DNA of 64,000 nucleotides from Paramoeba atlantica (taxonomy: Eukaryota; Protista; Discosea): NCBI GenBank assembly GCA_977017575.1, contig CDRNVI010000158.1:120469-184468 (forward strand), read 5' to 3'. The notes under the pieces were generated by a model. The model saw nothing but the letters and a program-made list of their open reading frames with translations. It ran no database searches and was not told the origin of the DNA. The position numbers and the translations under genes are program-made. This document shows, in pieces, positions 1 through 12,534 of this stretch. The stretch's first letter is position 1, and the number at the start of each line of letters is the position of its first letter.

Positions 1-590
1 GAAGAAGAAGAAGATCTGATGGATGATGTGGACACCCAAGAAAAGGGTGAATCTCAAGATGAAGAGACAGATATCTCAAGGATATCAAACGATTTTATGC
101 GTTTAATGGTACCCCTTTTTTCTCTTTGAATTTGTATTTTGTTGGTTTTCTAATTTTTTTTTTCGAAAAAGGTGGTTCCAGATGATCGGGCAACCAAAAT
201 TGCAAATGATGAACAAAAAGAACTTGTTCAAGGAAATTTCAAAATTTCAGAAGAAATGGAAGAATTTTATCGAAAACTGGTGTGAAAAGAGAGGAAAACA
301 TCGAAACCCATAAGGGGGCATTTCAACGGAATGCACAGCGCCGGTTATCTGTTGCCCTTATTGCAAGCATGGCCAGGAAATATGATCTCAATCTGCCAAG
401 GACTCTCCCTGTGATCCTCCCAGCATTGTGGTCTCGGCCTCTCTTTCAACTCCTCCAGCTTTTTCTTTCAGTCTCTCTCCACTTCGCTCGATAAACCAGC
501 CACGGCAGGCTCTTCGCTCTAGGATGTCGAGTCTCTGAGTGCGCCCCTCAACCAAACTGTGCCCATCTCTTTCGACTCAGTCCCAGTTAA
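1..590 (+). CDS. 3' part of an unidentified gene entering from the left edge (acidic stretch, then helical region)
   Basis: Frame 1 is open from 1-108 (EEEEDLMDD...). A T-rich GT-AG intron 109-171 leads to exon VVPDDRATKIANDEQ...FYRKL. Continuing into ORF 282-494 (GAFQRNAQRRLSVALIA...) needs a 35-nt atypical intron (280-314) or an indel. The 3' end is unresolved. Confidence 0.35.
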
Positions 591-789
591 CAAAATTCAA
601 GAAATAAAAAAAGAAATAAAAAAATCGAGAACCTGACAGAAAAAGGGAGTTCGATTCTCTGAGGAGTTTCTTTTTTTCATTTTTTAAGAGACTTTTTTAG
701 CAACTTTTTGCTCTTTTTTTTTGGTGACGACGCTTTTTTTTGTGTTGTTTGCCTTCTTTTGTTTGTGTTTTGTGGTTCACATCAAAAGT

Positions 790-1986
790 ATGACAAGCCA
801 TCTCCCACCTGGACTTTTGGCCTTGTTCGTGGCCCGGCCTCCAATTGATTATGTTGAACCTCTCAAGAAAAGAAAAATGCCTCCTGTGGATGGGATTGCC
901 AAGTATCTCGAGAGGTGTGGTGAAGGAGAACAACGCGAGTACGAGTACACAGGTGGGTATGAAAGCCGACTTGTGAAAAGACGGAAGAAAACGGAGGAGT
1001 TAAAACAAAAGAATGAAGAGAAAGCTCAACAAGGAATCAAAGAACATGATCCAAATTCAGATCCGAACGTTGATGGGGATGGGTACAAAACAATCTTTGT
1101 TGGGAGGTTGCCTTACGAGATCACAGAACCTGCTCTTCGTCGTGAGTTCGAAGTTTATGGTCCTGTTCGAAAGGTTACTTTGATCTATGATCGTGAAGGA
1201 AAACCAAGAGGCTATGGCTTTATTGAGTTTGAGAGAGAAAGAGACATGAAAGCTGCTTATGAGACTGCAGATGGTCGCCGTCTTCTTGGTCGCCGAATTT
1301 TGGTCGATGTTGAACGTGGACGAACAGTTAAAAATTGGGTTCCTCGTCGTTATGCAGGAGGTCTCGGAAACCCTCGTCCTGAACTTCTCCCAAAAGTTGG
1401 TAAGAAAAGGTATTTCTTTTTTTTTTCTTTCTTTTCAGTTTTCCCCTTCCTCTTCCCCTCCTCTCTTCCCCTTTCTTCTCTTTTTCCTTCTTTCCCCCAT
1501 TCCCTTCCCTTTTTTTCTTGAGATTGCAGTTCCTTGAACATTTATCTTTTTTTTTTTATATAAAAAAGTGGATCATCGAGTCAACAACCTGCAAAAACTC
1601 GTCCATCCCAAGAACCAAGACATGTACCGGAGCAGCCATATCGAGATGATAGAGGAGGAAGAGATCGGTATGGTGGTGGTGGTGGTGGTGGTGGCCAAGG
1701 TGGTGGCCATGGTGGTGGCCATGGTGGCGGCAGTTATGGTGGGGATCGTCGTGGGAATGATCGTCGTGGAGATGATCGCCGAGGCGGATATGGTGGTGGT
1801 GGAGATCGTGGGTATGGGGGTGGTGGTGATCGAAGTTATGGTGGTGGCGGTGGTGGTGATCGAAATCGATACAATTCTGGAGGTGGAGGAGGTGGAGGTG
1901 GTGGAGGTGGAGGAGGTGATCGAAGAAGAAACCAAGGGGCTGACGAAGGTTACGAAAACTTCCGTGATCGACGACGAAAGTATTAG
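790..1986 (+). CDS. SNRNP70: U1 snRNP 70 kDa protein
   Basis: N-terminus MTSHLPPGLLALFVARPP, RRM with KTIFVGRL and RGYGFIEF, and ILVDVERGRTVKNWVPRR..GGLG. Intron 1410-1568 restores the frame into an RGG/RD-rich tail ending TAG at 1984-1986. Confidence 0.95.
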
Positions 1987-2334
1987 ATTTTCAAGTGGTG
2001 GTGTTTTTTTTTTGAGGTATGTTATTTGTGATAGGTGTATTTTGGTAGGTGTGTTGTTTGTTTTTCTTTTTCCTTTTTTTTTTTGGTTTTTTCTTTGAGA
2101 GAAAATAGATTTTTCACTTTTTCTTTTGGGGTACTTCTGAAAATTTCTGGTAGGTAGCTGTTAAGGTGAGGTTTTCTTTCTTTTGATGAGAGATGAAGAA
2201 AGACAAAGTGAATCTAAGGTTGGATTGAACCCAATAAAAAAACTTTTTAAAAAAGAGAAAGTGTGTCTTGGAAATTTTGGGGTTTTTTTTTCTTTGTCAA
2301 AGAAGAGAGTTTTGTCTTTTTGCTGTGTTCTGAA

Positions 2335-2456
2335 CCCGCTGATCGTCCACTCTCACCATCTACTTTGTTCACCATCTACTTTTTTCACCATCTACTACTT
2401 GAATAACGAAACAAGAGAGTGATGAGAAGAGAGGGTGAGAGTGGACGATCAGCGGG
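2335..2456. repeat. Perfect 23-bp inverted repeat (2335-2357 / 2434-2456) with a loop holding three CACCATCTACT copies
   Basis: cccgctgatcgtccactctcacc at 2335 is the exact reverse complement of ggtgagagtggacgatcagcggg at 2434. Confidence 0.92.
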
Positions 2457-2823
2457 CTTTCCGCCGCGCTGTTGCCGTCATTCCTGCAGCTTCGTCGTCT
2501 TCTCCAGCATTGAGAACTTCTGATCCAGACCCACTCGCTCCTGTTGTAAGAGGAGTAGAAGTAGCGATTGCCAATAAGGGTGATGTTGTGGTTTGAAAAG
2601 AAGAATAAGAGGGAGCGGAAGTGGTAAACTTTTGTGAGAATGTTGTACTGGTGGAAAGGCTTTGGCTGGTGATGGATGAGGAGGTTTTTGATTGGAAAGT
2701 AATTCCTCCGACCGTCATGGATGATTGAAGAGCTCGAAGTTGAGACCCATGAACTAAATTTGGGCGAAATGAAGAGGTGACGATTCCTCTTCGCATCCCG
2801 TTCAAAGCCAAACGACAAGCCAT
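2449..2823 (-). CDS. 124-aa Ser/Thr-rich protein with a mitochondrial-presequence-like N-terminus
   Basis: ATG-initiated intronless ORF. The N-terminus MACRLALNGMRRGIVTSSFRPNL is Arg/Ser/Leu-rich with no acidic residues. No recognisable domain. Confidence 0.5.
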   Translation of the reverse strand: MACRLALNGMRRGIVTSSFRPNLVHGSQLRALQSSMTVGGITFQSKTSSSITSQSLSTSTTFSQKFTTSAPSYSSFQTTTSPLLAIATSTPLTTGASGSGSEVLNAGEDDEAAGMTATARRKAR

Positions 2824-2855
2824 GATTTGTTTCTCTCAGGTTTTTTTGAAACCGA

Positions 2856-2887
<32 letters not shown>

Positions 2888-3073
2888 ACGAGAGAACTTT
2901 TTTCAAAACCGAGAAAAGATCTTTTTGATTTTTCGATTGTAGATAAATTCTTCCAAGAAAAAAATGGAAAGATAATTACTGAATTGGCTTGAATCATCTC
3001 GACCAAAAGGAATGACGATTGACTTGGGTTTGGGGGAGAAGGAATCATCCAAAATGGTATGGTAATTTTTTCT

Positions 3074-3463
3074 TTATGTCCTCTTTGCAGGTTTTAAAGG
3101 AAAACTAGAAAGAGAGAGGATCATGGCATCGAACCATTCATCTCTCTCTCCTTTGTTTCGAGCGCGAAAATAATAACTGTGGTCTGTTTTGGATTTCACA
3201 GAAATATATTTTGGGTTCTTTCTTGCCTCAACCTTTTCCACCTCATTTGGAGGTTTGTTCAAGAAGGAGCGAGGAAAAAAAAAAGAAGAAAAAAAGAATC
3301 AAACTGCAATATCAACCATGATTTCCCCGCCCCTCTCTCCATAGCAATAAATGTGACCATTTGCGACAACCACCCACGATGGCATCCTGTTCGCCAGGAA
3401 TGACGAACTGGGGAGCATTACCAATGTTCCCTCTTTTTCACCAACCTCTCCAGGATCATCCAT
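3074..3463 (-). CDS. Small PH-domain protein
   Basis: Exon 1 is MDDPGEVGEKEGTLVML...SWVVVANGHIYCYGERGGEIMVDIA. After an intron (~3244-3304), exon 2 is VEKVEARKNPKYISVK...YYFRARNKGERDEWFDAM...LKPAKRT*, with the typical PH C-terminal helix Trp. Confidence 0.8.
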
Positions 3464-3765
3464 CTATCCCGCGGTTTCTCTTTTTCACTTTGTCAGTGAA
3501 AAATTCTTTTTTATGAACTTTATCAACTTCTTAATGACTGAAACCAAATCATTAAGAATCAAGGATCAAGAAAATCTTTTGTTCGTGGCCAAAGAGACCA
3601 AACAAAAACAACAAAACCCTCGAAAATAGTTGGATGTTTTTAAACGATCGTATGACCTAAAATTATTGATTTTTGCACAAAAAATAATTTAGAAAATAAA
3701 TTAAAAATACCCAACCACCATAAGTATCAAGTCGTATTGCACTTTTTTTGTGTTTGGGGACAAAG

Positions 3766-6700
3766 ATGAAAAAATCGATTGGTTTACGTTCTAAACTCAA
3801 AACGAGATTTTCTTCTTCCAAAAAATTAGAGAAAGCATATCAGAATTTACAACCTGATTCTGTGGAGGAGATTCGGCAATTGTTTCAGAAGTATGATCGA
3901 GATAACTCAGGTTCTTTTTTGAGAAGAAAAACACTTTTCCCCTCCCTCATTTTTTTTGCTGACATTTTGCTCCCTTTTCTTTCCCTCTTTCTCAAAAATG
4001 TAGGGACAATTGATGCAAAAGAATTAGCAAAGGCGGTTGGTGTTCTCTTGGGTTGTCCTCTCTCAAAACAGAATGCGGAACTGATGTTGGAAAGGGTCGA
4101 CACAGACAAGTCTGGATCGGTGAGTTTTGACGAATTCAAACATTTGACAGCTCTTGTAATTACGCTGAAAAAACAATTTGATGAAGCGGACAAAGACAAA
4201 TCGAAGACCTTAACCGCTTCTGAAATGGTTCCGTTGCTGAATCAACCGCCAAATAGTTACAAGTTTTCTCTCAAAACAGCGGAAGGATTTATCAAAATGT
4301 TTGACGATGATGAGAGTGGAACCATTTCATATCAAGAATATTTCAACTTGTCGTTCTATCTCCGAGAGTTGGAACACATTCATGACGAAAGATTAAGCGA
4401 CGTGGAAGAAGGGAGACAAGTTCAAGAATGGTCTCATTATTTGAAAGGGGTGTTGGGGAAACGGTTGGCGAGTGATAAAAAAGCTCTGGAACAATTTCAA
4501 AAGTTAGATAAGAACAAAAATTTCGAGCCTTTTGCGGAAACAGTGATTCGAGTTTGGGTTTCTTCCTTGTCAGGAAAACAAAAGAAGGGCGATCGAGATG
4601 TTTTGAAGGTTTGTGTGTTTGCTCTTCTTTTTCTCTCTTACTTACTCTTAAAAAAATAAGAGTTTTTTTTTCGAAAGTTTTCTCACTTAAATCAATTAAA
4701 AAAAGGTCAGAAAAAACATACGAGAAAGGAGGAAAAGAAAAATGGTTCGTAAATCTCCATCTTTTGCAAAGTCAGAGAAAGCTTCCCAAAATTTACAACC
4801 TGATTCCCTTTCATCAATTCGAACATTATTTGATCGATATGATCGAGACCATTCGGGTAATCTCTTTTTTCTTTTTTCTTTTCTGTTTTAATCTCTCTCT
4901 CTTTTTTACTACATCTTGTGTTTCTTAAATTTAATCTTTTTCTTTTCACAGGAAAGATCGACTCTTCAGAACTTGCTTCTGCAATGGGGGCACTTTTAGG
5001 GTGTACACTCAACAAACAGAATGCTGAATTAATGTTGGATCGCGTCGATACTGATCGATCAGGAACAATCAATTTCGATGAATTCAAAAGCCTGACTGGG
5101 ATTGTGATTTCTTTCAAGAAACAGTTTGATGAAGCGGACAAGGATAACTCGAAAACGTTGTCAGCTGAAGAAATGTTACCATTGTTGAATCAACCACCAA
5201 ATAACTACAAATTTACACAAAAAACAGCCGTGAATTTCATCCAAACTTTTGATGATGATAAAACAAAGTGGGCAATCTCGTATGTTGAGTTCATCAACCT
5301 CGCCTTTTACCTCCACGAATTGGAACATCTTCATGACGAAAGAGTCAATGATTTAGGAGAAGGAGGGGGACCAAAAGAATGGTCTTATTATTTGGTTGGA
5401 GTGTTGGGCGAAAAGTTAGCGAATGACCCAAAAATTTTGGAACAATTTCGTCCTTTGGATAAAAATACTGCTTTTGAGCCTTTTGCTGAGAAGATTATTG
5501 CGATTTGGCGATCTTCTGCTGGAAAAGGGGCTTCTCGAGAGGCTCTGAAGGTTTTCAATTTATCTTTTTTGTTAAAAAAAAGTGTTTGGAGGGTTTTGAT
5601 TGAGATATTCTTTTCCAATTTGATATTAATGTTAAAAAAAGACTCTTTGGGTTTGTTCAAAGGAAGGAAATTAATTTTTTTTTGAAGGTTCGAAAAAATT
5701 TGCGGGAAAGGCAACCACGACGGAGGATCCACAGTTCACCATCTTTTCGAAAAGATGAGACGGCAATGGAGAAGTTACAGCCTGGGATGATGGATGATGT
5801 TCGTAAATTATTTAACCAATTTGATAAAGACCGTTCTGGTATATATTTTTTTATGTTCGTTTTTTCTTTTATTTCTTTTTTTTTTGGAACTCAAAAAGAT
5901 GTCCCTTCTTCTGTTTAGGACAAATTGATGCCAAAGAGCTTGCGTCTGCTGTTGGAGTTCTTATCTCTTGTTCGCTCAACAAACAAAATGCGGAATTGAT
6001 GTTAGATCGGGTCGATACTGATCAATCAGGAACGGTGAGCTTTGAAGAGTTTAAACATCTGACCGGTCTTGTAATTACTCTGAAGGAACAGTTTGATGCA
6101 GCTGACAAAGACAAATCTAAAACGTTGACCGCTTCTGAGATGATTCCATTATTGAATCAACCGCCAAATAGCTACAAATTTTCTCTTGATACAGTGAAAG
6201 AGTTTATTAAAATGTTTGACGATGATGCAAGTGGGACAATTTCGTATCAAGAATACTTTAACTTGGCGTTCTATCTTCGAGAGCTCGAGCATATTCATGA
6301 TGAAAGAGTAAATGATATGGAAGAAGGGGGAGGAGTGAAAGAATGGCCTCATTATTTGAGTGGAGTATTGGGGAAGGGGTTAGCAAAAGAAGAGAAAGTT
6401 TTGGAAATGTTTTCTCCTTTGGAGAAGAATACAATTTTTGAACCCTTTGCTGCAATTGTTATTGGGATCTGGGGTTCTCCGATTGGACGATCTGCAAATC
6501 GAGATGAAGCTCTGAAGGTTAGTGCGAACACATATTCTTTTTTTTTATTTTCTTTTCTGATTTTTTTTCTTTGACTATTGTAATCTGCAGTTGAAAATCG
6601 AAAGATATATTTTTTCAAAAAATTAATTTTTTTTTTTTAAAGGTGCGAACGTCAATGAGAGAAAGGCGACCACCAAAGCGGTCACGACCAGCAGGAGCTC

Positions 6701-9081
6701 GAGTGGCAGTGAAACATCAATTAACAATGCAAAAAGAAAAAGCATTCAAAGAATTTGAAGTTCGACAGAAAACGTTTGTGGCGGAAAAGAAAAAGAAAAA
6801 GAAGTCGGACTCAGATCTCTGGTGTGACCCAGACTTTCCTGCAAACGATTCGATTTTACCCCCGAAGGGTCGCCTCGGAGGTTGGAAACAATGTGTGTGG
6901 TTAAGGCCACAAGAAATCATTGCTCCAACAGGGAAAGAAGCAAAGTTGTTTGTTGATGGGTCGGAAGAAGGGGATGTTATGCAAGGTATTTTGGGTGACT
7001 GTTGGTTCCTTTCTGCCATCTCTGTTCTTGCAACGACAGAAGATTTAATTCAAGAGATGTTTGTTGCAGTAGCTCCGGAGAAGGGGATGTATAGAGTAAG
7101 ATTTTGGAAGGATGGGGAATGGAAATATGTTGATATTGATGATCGATTGCCTTGTTCTCCTGATACTCGATTTCTCTTGTTTGCTTCTTGTCGGGAACAA
7201 TCCGAATTTTGGGTACCTTTGCTCGAAAAGGCTTATGCAAAGCTCCATGGATCTTACTATTCTTTGGAGGGTGGGTCAACGACTCATGGTTTGAAAGATA
7301 TGACTGGAGAAGCTACCGAGTTAATTGATCTTGAAGACCAAACGAATCCAATGGCAAAAGATCCAAATTTGCTCTGGGGAATGTTGTTAAAATGTATGGA
7401 AGAGAGTTTTCTCCTTGGATGTTCAATTTCGATGAGTGGAGTTGCGGCGGAGAGTGTTTCTGCGGAAGGTTTGTTGTACAAGCACGCATATGGTATTCTT
7501 GATGTCCAAGAAATCCAAGGCCATAAGTTAATTCGAATTCGGAACCCTTGGGGAAAACAAGAGTGGACAGGACGATGGTCTGATGAGAGTCGAGAATGGA
7601 CACCTGCTTTAATGAGACACTTTGATTATGATTTTGGTGATGATGGAACATTTTTTATGTGTTTGGAAGATTTCCACCGTAATTTCAATAAGATTCACGT
7701 TCTCCGAATGCTGACAGATGATGTTGGCGAGAAGTGGGAGAAGAAATCTTTTCGATCTGCTTGGACCAAGAAACCAGAGCGTGCTGGTGGATGTTTGAAC
7801 CACCCAGAATTGTTCTTAAAGAACCCTCAATTTGCACTTTGTGCTCGTCAAAATTCCAGAATATTTGTCTCTCTTTCTCAGCCATGCCTGCGTTATAGTT
7901 GCCGGAAGAAACCAGGGAGTCACAATTCGAAGAAATACTCAGCCATTGGGATTAATGTCCTCAAACATTCTTCGACAACTGAGAGGATGATTGCGCTTAG
8001 TGGTCAGCCAATTGCAAAGTCTCGTTATTCTCCAACCAGAGACCAAACTCTCGAATTTGCGATCGAGGCGAATCAAAACTATATCATCATTCCTACAACT
8101 TTTGAGCCAGGTGTTTTGGGGGAGTTTGAGTTGCTTGTTTATGTTCAAAATGGTGCGGAGGTAGTTACTGAACTTGTGAAAGAACCCGAAGGAATGTTAA
8201 TGCAGACTGGGGAGTGGAAAGGTTTGTCAGCTGGTGGGTGTACGAACCACGGATCTTGGATTCACAATCCCCAATTTTCTGTTGTTCTTTCTCAGGAATC
8301 TTCTTCTTCTTCTTCTCTCGCAGGAAAAATGACAATCTCTTTGGAACAGTTGGGAGATTCGGCACCTCTTCCTGTTGGGTTTTATTTGTTTAACAAAAGG
8401 GATTCCAATCCACCAGGAGTCCCTCCAACTGCTGCTCTTCGTCAAATTTCACAAAACAAGACGAGAGTGAAAACTGATTTCTCAAGAAATAAGAAGATTT
8501 CGATGGAGGCTCCAATCGCAAATCTCGCAGCTGAACTTCCCCTAACTATCGTTCCATCCACTTTTGATCCTGGAATGGAGAGAAAGTTTAAAGTTGAGGT
8601 GGTTTTTACTCCAAAAAGAGGATCACCTCCAAAAGGATTATCTCTTTGTCCTGTCCAAGAATTTCAAGCAACAGAGGTAGTTAATGGAAAATGGCAACTC
8701 CCTGATCTGGCTGGAGGATGTGCGAACCATTCTACTTGGTTACAAAACCCCCTTTATCTTCTCAAGTTCAAAAATGGAGCTTTTCCCAAAGGTCATATTA
8801 TCATGACTTTGGCTCATAAGAAAGGACCTGGCGGAGGAAAGAGAGAGCCTTCTGGGATTGATCTTTTTGAAAAAGTTCCAAGTGGTGGGAAAGGGAAAGG
8901 AGGAATTTTGGGAACGAAGATTGTTTCATCTCAATTTAGTCCAAATCCTGTGGTGGAAGCTGATGTTGATGGATCGAAGGAATATGTGTTGTTGTTGGCC
9001 ACATTTAATCCTGGAATTCAGGGAGATTTTTTGTTGTCAGTATTTTCGACATCTCATTCGATGAGTTTGAGTCCTGTTTGA
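3766..9081 (+). CDS. Calpain-family Cys protease with three N-terminal four-EF-hand modules, CysPc and three calpain domain-III (CBSW) repeats
   Basis: Catalytic motifs QGILGDCWFLSA, KHAYGI and RNPWG are intact, and there are three AGGCxNH...NPQF/NPLY repeats. Three paralogous EF-hand modules join in frame to each other and to the protease through phase-0 introns at 4609-4710, 5551-5687 and 6518-6642. Confidence 0.85.
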
Positions 9082-9295
9082 GGAGTTCAAAGGGAATAAG
9101 AAGAAAGAAAAATAAAGATGATTTTTTTTTGGACAAGCCAACAAACCAGAAAAAGTTCCAAACGCTAAATTCAAGCCAAAAAACCTAAATTTTTTGTTTG
9201 CAGTTCAAACTTTTGCAGAGAAAAGGCGTTTGAAGAGAAAAAGTGAGACATGAGAAGGGGGAAGAAAAGAAACGATTCGATAAAGATATTTTGGG

Positions 9296-10171
9296 ATGGG
9301 GAAAAGTCAATCACGACAACTAAGTCAATATGAACCGGTTGAAGAAGATAACAAAGAGAAAAAAAGACCAAAAGGAATCAAAGTTGCTCTGTTAGGGAGA
9401 AGGAAAGTTGGAAAAAGTGCTTTGGTTGTCCGGTTTGTTTCGAGAGAGTTTCTTGTCGACTATGATCCTACGATTGTAGAATGGTTTTTTGTTTTTGTTT
9501 TGTTTGTTTCATTGTTATTTTTGTTGACGAAATGGTTTTTTTTTAGTGATCGAAGAGTCGTTCGTTTGGAGGATGATGGAGAGGACCTTCTCTTCGACCT
9601 CCTTGGTTTGTTCTTTTCTTCTTGGAAGAGAAACACAGAAATGAATGACTCAATTCTCCTCTCTATAGATACAGCAGGACAAGAAGAATTCACGGTACTG
9701 AGAGACAGTTACATGAATTACAACCAATCGTTTATCTTCGTGTATTCTGTTACTTCAAAATCCTCTTTCGAAGAAATTCGAACTTTTTATGAACAAGTTC
9801 AAAGGGTGAAGAGAGAAAATCCAGTTGGGATTTTGATTGGAAACAAAATCGATCTTGAATCAGAAAGAGAAGTTTCAACTGAAGAAGGTGAAAACTTGGG
9901 GATTGAACTTAATCTTCCATTCCTTGAAACAAGTGCATTGAACAATACGAATGTGGAAGAAATGTTCCAATTGATTGGTTCTCACACTATTTATGGAGAA
10001 CGTACAAATTGTGCCAAAATCTCCAAGAAGATCAAACCTGCAAGACAAATATCTCCTAAAACTTTGTTTGAGTATGAAAAAGACAGAAAGAGACTCATCT
10101 TTTCGGCAGGGATCCAATTTGCATTGCGATCCCCTTCTCCAAAAACCTTCCACAAGAACCGTTTGAACTGA
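9296..10171 (+). CDS. Ras-family small GTPase, copy 1
   Basis: Motifs GRRKVGKS, YDPTI, DTAGQEEF, GNKID and ETSAL. MGKSQS N-terminus, no CAAX, intron-containing. Confidence 0.92.
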   Translation: MGKSQSRQLSQYEPVEEDNKEKKRPKGIKVALLGRRKVGKSALVVRFVSREFLVDYDPTIVEWFFVFVLFVSLLFLLTKWFFFSDRRVVRLEDDGEDLLFDLLGLFFSSWKRNTEMNDSILLSIDTAGQEEFTVLRDSYMNYNQSFIFVYSVTSKSSFEEIRTFYEQVQRVKRENPVGILIGNKIDLESEREVSTEEGENLGIELNLPFLETSALNNTNVEEMFQLIGSHTIYGERTNCAKISKKIKPARQISPKTLFEYEKDRKRLIFSAGIQFALRSPSPKTFHKNRLN

Positions 10172-10438
10172 AATGTTCTCCCAAATAAAATTATCTATTA
10201 ACCTAATATTTTATGTTTTGATTTGTGGAAGAGGAAGGGAGAAGAGAACCAAATAAAAGAGTTAAGTGCAAATCCATTGAACAAAAAGAATGTGGATTCA
10301 AAAATGGATGGATGGATTCCAAAGTTCAAATCAAGAGACCTAAATTTTGTGTGTTTTTTGAGGTTCAAACTCTTTTTTTGCAGAGAAAAGGAGAGAGATG
10401 AGACGACAAAGAAGAAGAAACGATAAGAATTCTTGGCG

Positions 10439-11297
10439 ATGGGGAAAAGCCATTCACGACAACAGAATCAACATGAACCACTACTCCAAAAAGAAAACAG
10501 AGATAAAAGATCACCACCACCAAAAGTGATCAATGTTGCTCTGATTGGGGGAGGGGATGTTGGAAAAAGTGCTTTGGTTGTCCAATTTGTTTCGAATCAG
10601 TTTCTTGTGGATTATGATCCTACAATTGAAGAACAGTTTTGTTTTTGTTTTGTTTGTTTTGTTTATTTTCTTGTTTTGTTTTGTTGACGAAATGGATTTT
10701 TAGTTATCGAAAAGTCATTCGGTTTGATGGAGAGGAGTTTCTCTTGGACCTCCTTGGTTTGTTCTTTTCTTCTCGATTCAGAGACACAAAATTGAATGAC
10801 TCATTCCCCTTTCTGTAGATACAGCAGGACAAGAAAAATTCGCGGTAATGAGAGACTGTTACTTGAAGTACAACCAATCGTTTATCTTCGTGTATTCTGT
10901 TACTTCAAAATCCTCTTTCGAAGAAATTCGAACTATTTATCAACAAGTTCAAAGGGTGAGGGATGAAGAAGTTCCAGTTGGGATTTTGATTGGAAACAAA
11001 ATCGATCTTAAATCAGAAAGAGAAGTTTCAACTGAAGAAGGAGAAAAATTGGGGATTGAACTTAATCTTCCATTCCTTGAAACGAGCGCATTGAACAGAA
11101 CGAATGTGGAAGGTATGTTCCAACTGATTGGTTCTCACACTCTTTCTGGAGAACGTACAAATTGTGCCAAAATCTCCAAGAAGATCAAACCTGCAAGACA
11201 GATCTCACTTAAAACTTTGTCAAGTGTGAAAAGAGAAAAAGGCAACCGTTTTCACCATTGTGAAATCTCTCGACCATTTGTGAAAAATGAAAAATGA
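10439..11297 (+). CDS. Ras-family small GTPase, copy 2
   Basis: Motifs [28 protein letters not shown] and ETSAL. MGKSHS N-terminus, no CAAX. Confidence 0.92.
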
Positions 11298-11506
11298 AAC
11301 AAGAAAATAAATTAAGAAACCTAAATTTTTTTGTTGTTGTTTGGTTTGCGGAAGAGAGAAAGAAGAGAGAAGAACCACGAGAGAGGAAGAGAGGAAGAAA
11401 GAGAAGGAGAAACAGAGAGAGAAGCTCTGAGAGTCGATAAAGAGAAGAGAGGAAGGGAGAGAAAAGGAGAGACAGAGAGAAGAGCGAGGTAGATTTTTTT
11501 TTGGGG

Positions 11507-12226
11507 ATGGGAAAAAACCATTCACGACAAAGAGGTGAAAGACCAAATGAAATCAGAGTTGCTCTTTTTGGGGGAGGGAATGTTGGAAAAAGTGCTTTGG
11601 TTATCCAATTTGTTTCGAATGAGTTTGTTGAGGAGTATGATCCTACAATTGAAGATAGGTTTTTGGTTTAGTTTTGTGTTCTGTTTTTTGCTTTTCTTTT
11701 TTTTGTTTTTGAAGAAATGGGTTTTTTCAGTTATCGAAAAGTAATTCGGTTGCTGGCTGATGGAAAGGATCTTCTCTTGGACCTCCTTGGTTTGTTCCCT
11801 TTTCTTTCTGTGAGATCGAAAGAAAACAAATGATTCATTTTCTTTTCTGCAGATACAGCAGGTCAAAAAGAATATGCAGTAATGAGAGAGGATTACATGA
11901 AAGCATACCAATCATTTATCTTCGTGTATTCTGTCACTTCAAAATCCTCTTTTGAAGAAATTCGAACTATTTATCAACAAGTTCAAAGGGTAAAGAGTGA
12001 AGAAGAACCAGTTGGGATTCTTATTGGAAACAAAATCGATCTTGAATCAGAAAGAGAAGTTTCAACTGAAGAAGGAGAAAACTTGGGATTTGAACTTAAT
12101 CTTCCATTCCTTGAAACAAGTGCATTAAGCAATACGAATGTGGAAGAAATGTTTCGGTTGATTGGTTCTCACACTATTTATGGAGAACGTGCAAGTTGTG
12201 CCAAAAACATCAAAGCTGCAAGATAA
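11507..12226 (+). CDS. Ras-family small GTPase, copy 3
   Basis: ATG at 11507 (MGKNHSRQ). Motifs GGGNVGKS, EYDPTIED, DTAGQKEY, GNKID and ETSAL. Ends NIKAAR*. Confidence 0.92.
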
Positions 12227-12534
12227 AATAACCAAAACAGTTGTGAGTGAATTATTGAGTGAAAACAGAAAAAAGAGGAATTTTTTATGGGAATGTACAA
12301 TTGAAGTCGAAACTTGAATTGAGTTTCCTTCCTTTGAGATTCTTCCTCGATCAATTTGTGAAAAATGAAAAGAAATGAAAAATGGTTTGCTAAAATGAAA
12401 ATCAAGAAACCTAAATTTTTTGTTTTGTTGTTTGGTTTTTCGGAAGAGAGAAGAAAGAAGAAAGAAAGAAAGAGAGTGAAGAGGAAGAAACAGAAGGAGA
12501 GACAAGAGGAGAGAGAGAGAAAAGGTTTTTGGGG

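Noticed and set aside
300-590. GC-richer segment with RNase MRP-like words (GGGGCGCACUC, GGGAGAGUCC) on the minus strand
   Set aside because: The motifs occur in the wrong order for CR-I/CR-V, and a plus-strand coding reading is more economical.
644-660. gggagttcgattctct resembles a tRNA T-arm / Pol III B-box
   Set aside because: No D-arm, anticodon arm or acceptor stem can be built around it.
1568-2098. Val/Met-rich ORF and antisense Thr/Ser-rich ORF
   Set aside because: These are alternative frames of the RGG/RD tail of U1-70K; the same applies to 42508-43122 for LUC7.
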